Source: an uncultured Bacillales bacterium (GTDB taxonomy: Bacteria; Bacillota_I; Bacilli_A; RFN20; CAG-449). Taken from it: a DNA stretch of 61,949 nt. The stretch spans positions 1 through 61,949 of the forward strand of contig CAMEOO010000003.1 in assembly GCA_945929875.1 (NCBI GenBank), in the 5' to 3' direction. A program made the position numbers and the translations under genes. Positions 28,557 through 37,262 of this stretch are shown here, piece after piece. The notes beneath the pieces were generated by a model. That model worked only from the letters and a program-made list of their open reading frames with translations, was not told the DNA's origin and made no database searches. The stretch's first letter is position 1; every line of letters starts with the position of its first letter.

Positions 28557-29597
28557 ATGAATGAAAGCAATGTAGAAGTTAGTAATAAACCAATATACCC
28601 TTTTATGAAAAAATCTAATTCTTCTAAAGGAAGTAAAGTGTCAACAAAAGCGAAATCTCGCGGTAAAGAAATTCGTGTTGATACCCACTACAAAGAGAAA
28701 GTAGAAAGAGAAAGAAAGTTAAAGAGATTACAAGAGGCTAGAAAAAAAAGAGAACAACAAAAACTTCTTGAACATGAAGAGTCATTAAAGACTTTCAAGA
28801 AAAAGGCAGTTAAGACTGCTTTAAAAAATGAAGAGCTAGCTCAATCATTAAAAAACAAAGAAGTTAAAGTTAAATCTAATGGCCAAAAGGAATCTCAAGA
28901 AAGATTAAAAAGAGCGACTAAAACTCCTTTCTCCTACTACTATAACGTTAGTAAAGATGTTAGTAATAACATAGGATATTGCAATATTTATCAATGTATG
29001 AACGATAAATTTGCGGGTAGGTTATTCCAACCTCAATACTTCGCTATCGCAGAACAATCGGAAAGAATCTTCGAAATCAATAAACTATTGATTATTCATT
29101 CTATCGGTATTGCATTGTTACATGAAGAAACTTCCTTCTTAGTGCAAGTCTCACCTAAATATTTAGAATCCGATGAGCGCTATAAGGAACTAGAAAGTTT
29201 ACTTGAAAATGCACCTACTAATCTAATTCTCTGTATGGATTCTAGACCATTAATCCTTACAGGAGATGAAGGAAGAAAAAGATTATTAGAGTTAATTGAA
29301 AAATATAAATTAAGTCTAATGCTTGATAATCCTGAAACTGAAAGACTATCTGTTCTATTTGACTATCCAATTAAATATATTCGATTAGATGGAAGGTACT
29401 ATGTAGATCGAAGTGAAAACAAAAAGCAATTCATTAAGATAATTAATGAGTATTGTAAAGGTTTAAAAATCGATCTAGTAGCAAAATACATCGACACTAA
29501 AGAAGATAAATCTTGGATGTTAGCAAATGGAGTCAGATATATTGAAGGGGCGAACGTTCAAACAAACAAAAGTAATGTAAATGCAGCATTGAAATAG
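28557..29597 (+). CDS. Cytoplasmic protein: Lys/Glu-rich N-terminal half + degenerate (catalytically dead) EAL-like domain
   Basis: Colinear with the EAL blocks: 'FQPQYFAIAEQSERIFEINKLL', 'LVQVSP', 'LILCMDS', 'LSLMLDNPETERLSVLFDYPIKYIRLDGRYY' (in place of DDFGTG...KiD) and 'LVAKYIDTKED...GVRYIEG' (in place of AEGVE...QG). Confidence 0.5.
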   Translation: MNESNVEVSNKPIYPFMKKSNSSKGSKVSTKAKSRGKEIRVDTHYKEKVERERKLKRLQEARKKREQQKLLEHEESLKTFKKKAVKTALKNEELAQSLKNKEVKVKSNGQKESQERLKRATKTPFSYYYNVSKDVSNNIGYCNIYQCMNDKFAGRLFQPQYFAIAEQSERIFEINKLLIIHSIGIALLHEETSFLVQVSPKYLESDERYKELESLLENAPTNLILCMDSRPLILTGDEGRKRLLELIEKYKLSLMLDNPETERLSVLFDYPIKYIRLDGRYYVDRSENKKQFIKIINEYCKGLKIDLVAKYIDTKEDKSWMLANGVRYIEGANVQTNKSNVNAALK

Positions 29598-29637
29598 AAA
29601 CTATATGATTTCTAAACTAAAGAAAGGAGGTAGTTAA

Positions 29638-30738
29638 ATGGCAAGTGCAAAAGGAATTAATAAAATACTTGATTCTGAATTAAAAGAAAAATTAAAAGAA
29701 GATGATCGTAATACTAACAATAAAGCTAAAAGAAGACGTATGACTGTAGTTATTATGATCATTATCTTGCTCTTCTCAATTATAGCTTCCATTTATTACC
29801 TTATCGATTCTATGGTTGTAGAAAACTCATATAAGGTCTATGTAAATGGAACAAATAACGCTAAAGGTTTGAGATTATCTTACGATTCTGATTTTGGACA
29901 AGGATATAAAGATATCACCGGTAAAGGAATTAGACTAGAAGATAATTCCAATAGTGGATTAGGATTTGGAGCTTCTAAAATTGATTATGGTGATCAATCT
30001 TATTCCGCGATGGATTATTTGATGTCTGTGTGTTCAAATCAAGAAGGCACCATTAAAACTAACGTTATTGATAAAGGTCAAGCTGGTGAAGCAAACGGCG
30101 ATCAATTCTTAGTTAGTAAATTCTATTTAAAGAATACATTAGAAGTTGATGAATTAAATGGTGTTACTGAAGAAAGCGTTACAGTAAACTACGCTATTCA
30201 ATTAACAATTGAAAATAGCACAAAAAACGCTTTAAGCGCATGTAGATTTGCCATTATCGAAGTACTAGATGAAGAGAATATCTATAAGGTTGTAGAAGAT
30301 GAACAAAATAGAGAAACCATTATTGATAACAATGCATATAACATGTCAGTTATCGCTCAACCTAAAATCAAGCATCTAGAAAATGGAGATATGCAAATCA
30401 ATAAAGGTGATGAACCTGATTCTGAAGAATATGTAGGCTCATTAATTAATGGTCAATATACAGATGATGAAGAAGCATTACTAGTTAAAAATCCAAAGAA
30501 TAAAGATGAAGACTGGAAATGTAAAAACCTACATTATGAAGAAGAAAAAAGACAATGGTATTACAATACTGTTGAACACGAGACAGAAGAAAGTAAACAA
30601 GTATTTTCTATTAAGCCACAAGAGCAAAAAGCTTATGTTGTAGCTACTTGGTATGAAGCCTCTGATCCAGATCACACAGACGCGATCAAAGGAGGGTATG
30701 TCTCATTTAGTTTCACTTTCTATGCAGTGGAAAAATAA
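29638..30738 (+). CDS. N-terminally membrane-anchored extracellular protein, TasA/camelysin-like features (TapA-analogue candidate)
   Basis: One TM ('VVIMIIILLFSIIASIYYLI'). 'FLVSKFYLKNTLEV' and C-terminal 'GGYVSFSFTFYAVEK' resemble TasA 'FQFENNGS' and 'KLQFSFEATQ'. Confidence 0.35.
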   Translation: MASAKGINKILDSELKEKLKEDDRNTNNKAKRRRMTVVIMIIILLFSIIASIYYLIDSMVVENSYKVYVNGTNNAKGLRLSYDSDFGQGYKDITGKGIRLEDNSNSGLGFGASKIDYGDQSYSAMDYLMSVCSNQEGTIKTNVIDKGQAGEANGDQFLVSKFYLKNTLEVDELNGVTEESVTVNYAIQLTIENSTKNALSACRFAIIEVLDEENIYKVVEDEQNRETIIDNNAYNMSVIAQPKIKHLENGDMQINKGDEPDSEEYVGSLINGQYTDDEEALLVKNPKNKDEDWKCKNLHYEEEKRQWYYNTVEHETEESKQVFSIKPQEQKAYVVATWYEASDPDHTDAIKGGYVSFSFTFYAVEK

Positions 30739-31035
30739 GCATAGAACATTAAATAGTTTTTTATAGTTTTAGGAGGATAAGACTAATATTAAGTATTAAC
30801 TAGAATTAACTAGAATAAGGCGTATATAAGTTATTGTTAAAATTTAATAGCTGTTAATTATATTGTGTGAAATTGCTACATTATATGTCGATTTAAATAT
30901 AACAGCTGAATATTTAAATAATTAACAGTTATAAATATAACACTAGATAATATTTAAATTATTCATAGAATCCTAGAATTATAGGAATAAAAAATAATAA
31001 TCTAAAAAAATTATTAAGAAAGGAAATTATAAATT

Positions 31036-31713
31036 ATGAAAAAAAGATTATTTATTACATCTGCTCTAATGACAGCTGTAATGGCTGCTTCATTAGCAAC
31101 AGGAACTTATGCATGGTATGTAACTGGTGCTGGCACAGGAGTATCACTTGTAGAAGCAACATCTAAAGTTAATACTGCTGCTAATAGTTATTCAGCTGGT
31201 GCTGTTACATTTAATGCTAATATATCTTCTACAGGAGCTCCAAAGTTAACTGATAATAAAGGAAAAACCTATTATTATTTAGGTTCTGTTGGAACAAATA
31301 ATAAAGCAGAAGATACAGGTGCTCAACTTACTGATAAGTATGCTACAGGTACAGTTTCTATTACAGGAGTTCTAACCAATGGAGCGGGTGCTTCTGCAAC
31401 TTATAAGGAAGTAATGACTTCATTAATTGGTAAAAAATATAAGATTACAGTTACATCTAGTGATGCAAATGTAAAATTCTTTGATAGTGTGCCAACTGCA
31501 GAAGGGTTCAATTGGGCAGGCGCTAAAACTTGGTCTAGCCAAGTTATTACGATTGCTACTGAACATGCTAACCAAACTGATAATACCGCAGGAAATGTTT
31601 TAGGTAATACTAATTTCTATTGGGGATATAGTGGTGAAGATAAATTGCAGGAACAAGCTAAGGATATTACTTTAACTGCTACTATTACAGAAGTAACAGA
31701 ATCTCAAGGATAA
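31036..31713 (+). CDS. Small secreted Ala/Thr/Gly-rich protein with a SipW-cognate-type signal; candidate major fibre subunit
   Basis: 'MKKRLFITSALMTAVMAASLATGTYAWYVTG'. Has a 297-bp leader of its own, a strong RBS and a terminator immediately downstream. Confidence 0.5.
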   Translation: MKKRLFITSALMTAVMAASLATGTYAWYVTGAGTGVSLVEATSKVNTAANSYSAGAVTFNANISSTGAPKLTDNKGKTYYYLGSVGTNNKAEDTGAQLTDKYATGTVSITGVLTNGAGASATYKEVMTSLIGKKYKITVTSSDANVKFFDSVPTAEGFNWAGAKTWSSQVITIATEHANQTDNTAGNVLGNTNFYWGYSGEDKLQEQAKDITLTATITEVTESQG

Positions 31714-31729
31714 AAGGTTTGCTTATATT

Positions 31730-31760
31730 AGAGGAGACTACGCCTCTCCTCTTTACTTTT
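31730..31760 (+). terminator. Hairpin terminator after the 225-aa gene (interrupted T-run, probably leaky)
   Basis: AGAGGAGA-ctacgcc-TCTCCTCT then TTACTTTTT. Confidence 0.55.
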
Positions 31761-31849
31761 TAAAGGTAATAAATGTATTGATAACGTATTTATTATTTTT
31801 AAAAAGTAATGTAATATATTAGATGTAGAATTTATAGGAGAAATACATT

Positions 31850-33052
31850 ATGAGTAAAGAAAAGATTAAAAAAGAGAAAAAAGAAAAAAGCAAAGTAAGA
31901 ATTTGGATAGAAAATATCTTAGAAGTTCTTATAGTTGTTGCTTGTTTAGCTTTCTCAATAATTATGATAGCTAGTCCAGGAGGAGTAAAAGAAGATTACT
32001 CTAAGATTAATGTTAGCTATATGCCTGTTTTATCTAATTCTATGTCTGGCACATTTGAAGAAGGAGATTTAATTTTTGGTAAGAAGATTAATAGAGATGA
32101 TGATGGAAACTGTGAAATATTAGATATTGGTACAGTAGCGATATTTGTTGTTAATGATGTTTCTCAATCTGAGTATCTTTTTATTAATACTCACAGAATT
32201 GTCGGATATTATTATGAATATAAAGATTCTCATGATGGGAAATATTATGCTGGTTATGACAAAATGTTTAATGCAGAAGGTGTTACAAATGCAGAAACTG
32301 CAAAATCGTTTGCTGATTCTCAAGGCTGGGAAGATTTTAAAATTATAAGATATGTTACTTCTGGAGATAATAAATCTATTTATTATAAAAATGGAGATGT
32401 CAATGGTGAATTGATAGATTCTAGTAATATTAATGTAGTAGATAGTTATAGACCAGAGGTTAATGATGTCATAGGCACTTGGACTGGTAAAAAGCTAAGT
32501 GGTGTAGGTGGAGTTATTACATGGATTCAAAAACCATTGAACTTCTTCTTAGTTATTATGATTCCATTAATACTATTATTCTTATATAACATTTGGACAG
32601 TTATTAAATATATATTAGAAGTTAAGACTGAAAAAGCAAGAAAATTAGCTTTAGAAGAAGCTCAAGCTAATGCTATTGATGAAGAGGAAATTAAACGTAA
32701 AGCAGTAGAAGAATATATGAAGAAGATGGGTATTGATCCTTCTAGTTTACCTACTGAAAATAAAGAAAGTGATGTAAAAGAAGAAAGTAATAAAGAAGAA
32801 GTTACTTCTTTAGAAGTAAAAGAAGAAGAAACTCCTAGTAAAGAAGAAAATGAAGAAGTTGTAGTTGAAGAAATAAAAGAAGAAGAAAAAGTAGAAGAAC
32901 CTGTAGTAAAGAAAGCTCCTACAAAGAAGAAAACTACTACTAGCAGTTCTACTAAAAAGACTACTACAACTACAAAAAAGTCAACTGGAACTAAAAAGAC
33001 TACTAGTTCTAGTAAGAAAACTACAAGTAAAAAAAGTAGTGAAGTAAAATAA
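31850..33052 (+). CDS. sipW: SipW-type (ER/archaeal-type) signal peptidase I with an insert and a ~150-aa Lys/Glu/Thr-rich tail
   Basis: 'VLSNSMSGTFEEGDLIFG' Ser box, 'THRIVGYY' His box, 'TSGDN', and a second TM ('FFLVIMIPLILLFLY'). 400 aa versus about 190 aa for B. subtilis SipW. Confidence 0.8.
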   Translation: MSKEKIKKEKKEKSKVRIWIENILEVLIVVACLAFSIIMIASPGGVKEDYSKINVSYMPVLSNSMSGTFEEGDLIFGKKINRDDDGNCEILDIGTVAIFVVNDVSQSEYLFINTHRIVGYYYEYKDSHDGKYYAGYDKMFNAEGVTNAETAKSFADSQGWEDFKIIRYVTSGDNKSIYYKNGDVNGELIDSSNINVVDSYRPEVNDVIGTWTGKKLSGVGGVITWIQKPLNFFLVIMIPLILLFLYNIWTVIKYILEVKTEKARKLALEEAQANAIDEEEIKRKAVEEYMKKMGIDPSSLPTENKESDVKEESNKEEVTSLEVKEEETPSKEENEEVVVEEIKEEEKVEEPVVKKAPTKKKTTTSSSTKKTTTTTKKSTGTKKTTSSSKKTTSKKSSEVK

Positions 33053-33110
33053 TATTTGTTATTGATCTAATGTGTTTAGATGAATATATAGCGTAAAGGA
33101 GCGCAAAAGT

Positions 33111-34703
33111 ATGTTTTGGCAATTTTTAGGTGAGTTTATCGCGGTATTTGCCCTAGGGTTTTTAGGGATATTTATCAGTTGGTCTGGTAAAGCCTATGGA
33201 GGACTTATTGGTGGAATTATTCAAATGTTTAATGTTCCTCAATATATCGCTGTTGTAAACAAGTATAAAGAGTATTTTGGTCCAGGAGAATGGATTGGTC
33301 TTGCGGCTATAATTTTAGTGTTCCTTGCGGTATTAGTTGGATTATTATGGGTTATCATCCATTATTCAATTAGACTATATAAACGTTTATTTGTTAATAA
33401 GCAAAACGATGATGATTTAGTTGATGAAGTTAATAGATTAAGAAGAACTGTTATTAGAAATAATAAAGAGAGAAATAAATTAATTGATCTTTGTTTAAAA
33501 AGTGGGGCTTCTTCTAGTAGTGTTTCTTCAGTGTTAAATGATGAAGAAGAAACTTCAGAAAAGAAAGAAGAAAGTCAAGAGCAAGAAAAAGAAAATGTTA
33601 ATAATGGAGAATCTAGATTCTTTAAGCTTACTGAAGTAGATGCTTTATATAGAGATAATCCACCTCATTTTACTTATGATAATGATATAACTTTAGAAGA
33701 GTTATGTGATAGATTTAGAAACTGGGCGTGTTCAGAGATGCATTTATACTATGAACCTAGAGTAATTAGATTGTTCTTCGCGGCTTTTGCTACCACTAGA
33801 ATTATCATTTTACAAGGTATATCTGGTACAGGTAAAACTTCCCTTCCTTACGCGATTGGTCAATGGTTAGATAATCCATCAACGATTGCTTCTGTTCAAC
33901 CTTCTTGGAGAGATAGAACTGAAATCTTTGGTTATTTTAATGAATTTACTAAGAGATTTAATGAAACTCAAATTTTAAAGAAAATGTATGAAGCTAGGTA
34001 TAATGAACAAATATATTTGACAGTTATCGATGAAGCTAACATCGCTCGTGTTGAATATTATTTCGCAGAATTATTATCTATTCTAGAAATGCCTTCTAGA
34101 GATAACTGGATCGTCGATATTTGTCCTTCTGGTTGGGAAAATGACCCTAAATTTATTGAAAAAGGTAGATTTAAATTACCTGAAAATATGTGGTTCATCT
34201 GTACAATCAATAACGATGACTCTACATTTGCTATTTCAGATAAGGTTTACGATCGTGCTATTCCAATTAACATCAATAGTAAAGGTATTCCTTTTGATGT
34301 ACCTGAAGAAGAAAGAAACAAAGCTCATGAATGCGTTTCATATAAGCATCTAGAAGCAATGTTTAAAGAAGCTCAAGAAAAATATAAAGTCAGTGAAGAA
34401 AATATTAAGAAATTTAACGATATGGATGACTATGTCATCGAACACTTCCGTTTAGCATTTGGTAATCGTATCGTTAAACAATTAAAGGAATTTGTTCCAG
34501 TTTACGTTGCTTGCGGTGGAACTGAAATTGATGGTTTAGACTATGTTCTATGTAATAAGATTTTAAGAAAATTTGAATCGTTAAACTTGGCTTACATTCG
34601 TGATGAAGTCGATGGATACATTCAATATTTAAATGATCACTTCGGCGAAGAAAATATGAAAGAATCTAAAGAATATCTAGAAAGATTAAAGAAATTATTC
34701 TAA
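33111..34703 (+). CDS. Membrane-anchored McrB-family AAA+ NTPase
   Basis: Two to three N-terminal TM helices, then 'ILQGISGTGKTS', 'VQPSWRDRTEIFGYF', 'LTVIDEANIARVEYYFAELLSILE' and 'FICTINNDDS..ISDKVYDRA', colinear with the E. coli McrB motifs. Confidence 0.75.
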   Translation: MFWQFLGEFIAVFALGFLGIFISWSGKAYGGLIGGIIQMFNVPQYIAVVNKYKEYFGPGEWIGLAAIILVFLAVLVGLLWVIIHYSIRLYKRLFVNKQNDDDLVDEVNRLRRTVIRNNKERNKLIDLCLKSGASSSSVSSVLNDEEETSEKKEESQEQEKENVNNGESRFFKLTEVDALYRDNPPHFTYDNDITLEELCDRFRNWACSEMHLYYEPRVIRLFFAAFATTRIIILQGISGTGKTSLPYAIGQWLDNPSTIASVQPSWRDRTEIFGYFNEFTKRFNETQILKKMYEARYNEQIYLTVIDEANIARVEYYFAELLSILEMPSRDNWIVDICPSGWENDPKFIEKGRFKLPENMWFICTINNDDSTFAISDKVYDRAIPININSKGIPFDVPEEERNKAHECVSYKHLEAMFKEAQEKYKVSEENIKKFNDMDDYVIEHFRLAFGNRIVKQLKEFVPVYVACGGTEIDGLDYVLCNKILRKFESLNLAYIRDEVDGYIQYLNDHFGEENMKESKEYLERLKKLF

Positions 34704-34731
34704 TTATTAATTGTTGAAAGAAGGATTTTTG

Positions 34732-36375
34732 ATGATACAAGATGGTCAATATCTATTAAATCAAATTAAAGAAATATTTGATGGTGAATCAGCTTATAAG
34801 AGTTATCAAAGGGCTATTGTCGATGGCACTTCTTCTTTTAAGATTACTCAAAAATACTTAAGTAAAGAATTTGATCACGATTGGATTGATATCATTGAAG
34901 ATTGTTTACCTTCTCTTGATACGATCGTTAGAAATCCAAGAAGATTTATTACTGTTGAAGAAGATATCATCGATATTTCTTTAGCAAAACAAATCTCGGT
35001 TGAATCGGTTAAACATCTTGCTCAACATACTCAATTTATTTCTGATGTTGATCAAAAAAAGGGAACAGTTACTCCTAGTAAGATCTTAAATACTTCTAAG
35101 GAAGAAAGTTTTGAAGTTTATGAAAATAGATTTATTTATACGTTAATTAAGAAATTATATGAGTTTGTTCAAAAAAGATTTGAATTGATTAAAAAGAGTT
35201 TTATTAACAATAAAAATGAGATTTCAGTTTTAGTAAATACTAATTATAAATATCAAGGATCTAATGTTAAAGTTAAGTTTGAAGCTACAACAGAAATTCC
35301 TTTTGATGAAAATAAAGTAAGTCAATCTGAAGATTATTTAACAATTGAAAGAGTTAAAAAAATCAATCAGATTATCGAAGGTTTTTTATCTTCTCCTTTT
35401 GCTAGAGAGATGAGAAACTCGGCTCCTGTACGTCCTCCAATTATGCGTACAAACGTTATAAAAAAGGAGCCAAACTTTAAAAAAGCCTTAATTTTATGGC
35501 AATTTATCGAATCTTATGAAAAGACTGGTTTTGAAGCTAAAGAAGTTAACGAATCAAATACTATGTCTGAAGATTTAAATGAGCAATATAACGAATTATT
35601 ATATGTTAACGATATGATTTTAAGTGGATTATCGCGTTTTCAAAGTGGGGAAGTCTCTATTGATGAGTTATCTGAAAAGTTAACTGATGAAGTTAATAAT
35701 GGTGAAGGTAGTTCTTCTGAAGAAGAGGGCTCTAATGATGAATTCCCAATGATTAAACTAGAATTAAGAGAAGTAAGAAAAGTCTATTATCGTTCTAAAA
35801 ACGATAAATACTTTAATTCTTTAGAATATCGTGAAATCACTAGTTGCTTAGATCGAGTCATCACTCAACAAAAGATTAATGTTGAAAAGAAAGATGAAGA
35901 AGAAAGAAGAAAGCTTATTGAAAAGCAAAAGAAAGAGGAAAAGAGAGTCAGAGAGAAAAATAAAGCTGATCGTAAAAGAGAAGAACTTCGCCGTAAGAAA
36001 GAAGAAGAACTTGCTGTTAGCTTAATTAAGAAAGAAGAACAAGAAAAGATTAGACAAGAAAAAATAAAGGCTCTTGAACAAGAAAAGATCATTAAAGAAA
36101 GAAAGAAACAGATGATGGAAAAACTTCTAGAAGAGCAACATCTAGAAGAAACTATTGAGGAATATCGTAAGTCACTTCTTGAAAAGATGAATAAAGAATT
36201 AGACAAAGAAAGAAATCAAGAAGATAATCTTGTGCAAATAGATTTATTAAATCAAAAGATTGACGATCAAAATGAAATTGAAGAATTTAAAAATCAACAA
36301 GTTGAATTGTTCAAGAAAAAATTAGAAGAATCTTTGGCTTCATTTAATGACGATTATGAAAAGACAAGCGCGTAA
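34732..36375 (+). CDS. McrC-position partner: globular N-terminal ~380 aa + ~170-aa Lys/Glu coiled coil; no nuclease motif seen
   Basis: RBS GAAAGAAGGA before ATG 34732, 28 nt after the ATPase stop. Has 'EVYENRFIYTLIKKL'. The C-terminal 'KKDEEERRKLIEKQKKEEKRVREKNK...' is heptad-like. Confidence 0.4.
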   Translation: MIQDGQYLLNQIKEIFDGESAYKSYQRAIVDGTSSFKITQKYLSKEFDHDWIDIIEDCLPSLDTIVRNPRRFITVEEDIIDISLAKQISVESVKHLAQHTQFISDVDQKKGTVTPSKILNTSKEESFEVYENRFIYTLIKKLYEFVQKRFELIKKSFINNKNEISVLVNTNYKYQGSNVKVKFEATTEIPFDENKVSQSEDYLTIERVKKINQIIEGFLSSPFAREMRNSAPVRPPIMRTNVIKKEPNFKKALILWQFIESYEKTGFEAKEVNESNTMSEDLNEQYNELLYVNDMILSGLSRFQSGEVSIDELSEKLTDEVNNGEGSSSEEEGSNDEFPMIKLELREVRKVYYRSKNDKYFNSLEYREITSCLDRVITQQKINVEKKDEEERRKLIEKQKKEEKRVREKNKADRKREELRRKKEEELAVSLIKKEEQEKIRQEKIKALEQEKIIKERKKQMMEKLLEEQHLEETIEEYRKSLLEKMNKELDKERNQEDNLVQIDLLNQKIDDQNEIEEFKNQQVELFKKKLEESLASFNDDYEKTSA

Positions 36376-37081
36376 GAAAGAAAATAAACCAAAATCAAAA
36401 GTAAGAAAAGTTTTAGATATAGTTGGATATATTATTTTTGGATTAGTTTTTGTTCTTGTGGTTGTAGTATTTGCTCAAAATGTATCGGGTGGGCAACCTA
36501 ACTTTTTTGGCTATTGCTATTACTATATTCAAACTGGTTCGATGGATGGTGACAAAAAAGATAGTTTCCCAGCAAAAACTGTGATTATTTCTAAACTTAT
36601 CGATGAGGAAGATTGTTATAAATTAAAAACGGGAGATATCATTACTTTTACTCCTACCGATCCTAATTTACCTACATATATCACTACCAAAACTCATCGT
36701 ATTGTCTCTATTGATTATGAAAATGAAACAATAGTCACAAGAGGAGATGCAAATGAGGCTAATGATAGTCCTATTCCATTTATAAATGTTCATTCTAAGT
36801 TTGTAAAAAAGAGTCCATTAATGACTTTCTTCTATAAATTAATTTCTTCTTATTTAGGTTTCTTAGTATTAATTTTTATTCCATTATTAGTATTAATTAT
36901 CATGCAAATTTACTCGACAATTCTTGCTGCAAGAAAAAGCAAAGTGTCAAATGAGATTAATCAAATGGAAGAAAACAATTTAAATTTAGAAAAAAGAAAG
37001 AAGGAACTTGAAGAGCAAGCGATTCAAGAGTACTTAGATTCTTTAAAAAAGATAGACAAAAAAGATGATAAAGTCGATTAG
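36347..37081 (+). CDS. sipW: Second SipW-type signal peptidase I
   Basis: TM, then 'YIQTGSMDG', 'GDIITF', 'KTHRIV' and 'TRGDANEANDSPI', plus a C-terminal TM. Overlaps the upstream gene by 29 nt (the alternative ATG 36356 overlaps by 20 nt). Confidence 0.8.
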   Translation: MTIMKRQARKKENKPKSKVRKVLDIVGYIIFGLVFVLVVVVFAQNVSGGQPNFFGYCYYYIQTGSMDGDKKDSFPAKTVIISKLIDEEDCYKLKTGDIITFTPTDPNLPTYITTKTHRIVSIDYENETIVTRGDANEANDSPIPFINVHSKFVKKSPLMTFFYKLISSYLGFLVLIFIPLLVLIIMQIYSTILAARKSKVSNEINQMEENNLNLEKRKKELEEQAIQEYLDSLKKIDKKDDKVD

Positions 37082-37108
37082 CTATTCATTATAATAGCTT
37101 CTTTTTTG
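37080..37108 (+). terminator. Weak hairpin terminator
   Basis: AGCTAT-tcattata-ATAGCT then TCTTTTTTG. Confidence 0.4.
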
Positions 37109-37262
37109 TTATTAACCCCTTATTTAGACCTATTATTAATAAGAAACGATAAAATTTAGGAAATTTATGTTGATTTTTGGTTTTATTTTATTGATTAATA
37201 TATGATATTTATATAAAATATAAATACATATAAGGAATTCCAAAGAGCAATTACTAGTAGCT

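Noticed and set aside
30847-30932. 15-bp inverted repeats flanking 56 bp in the fibre-gene leader; considered as an invertible promoter switch
   Set aside because: The enclosed segment is too short to carry a promoter with both orientations meaningful. No site-specific recombinase gene is present in the window.
35865-36206. 113-aa minus-strand Ser/Phe/Leu-rich ORF
   Set aside because: It is the mirror image of the Lys/Glu coiled-coil coding region (AAG/GAA read antisense as CTT/TTC), so it is a compositional artefact.
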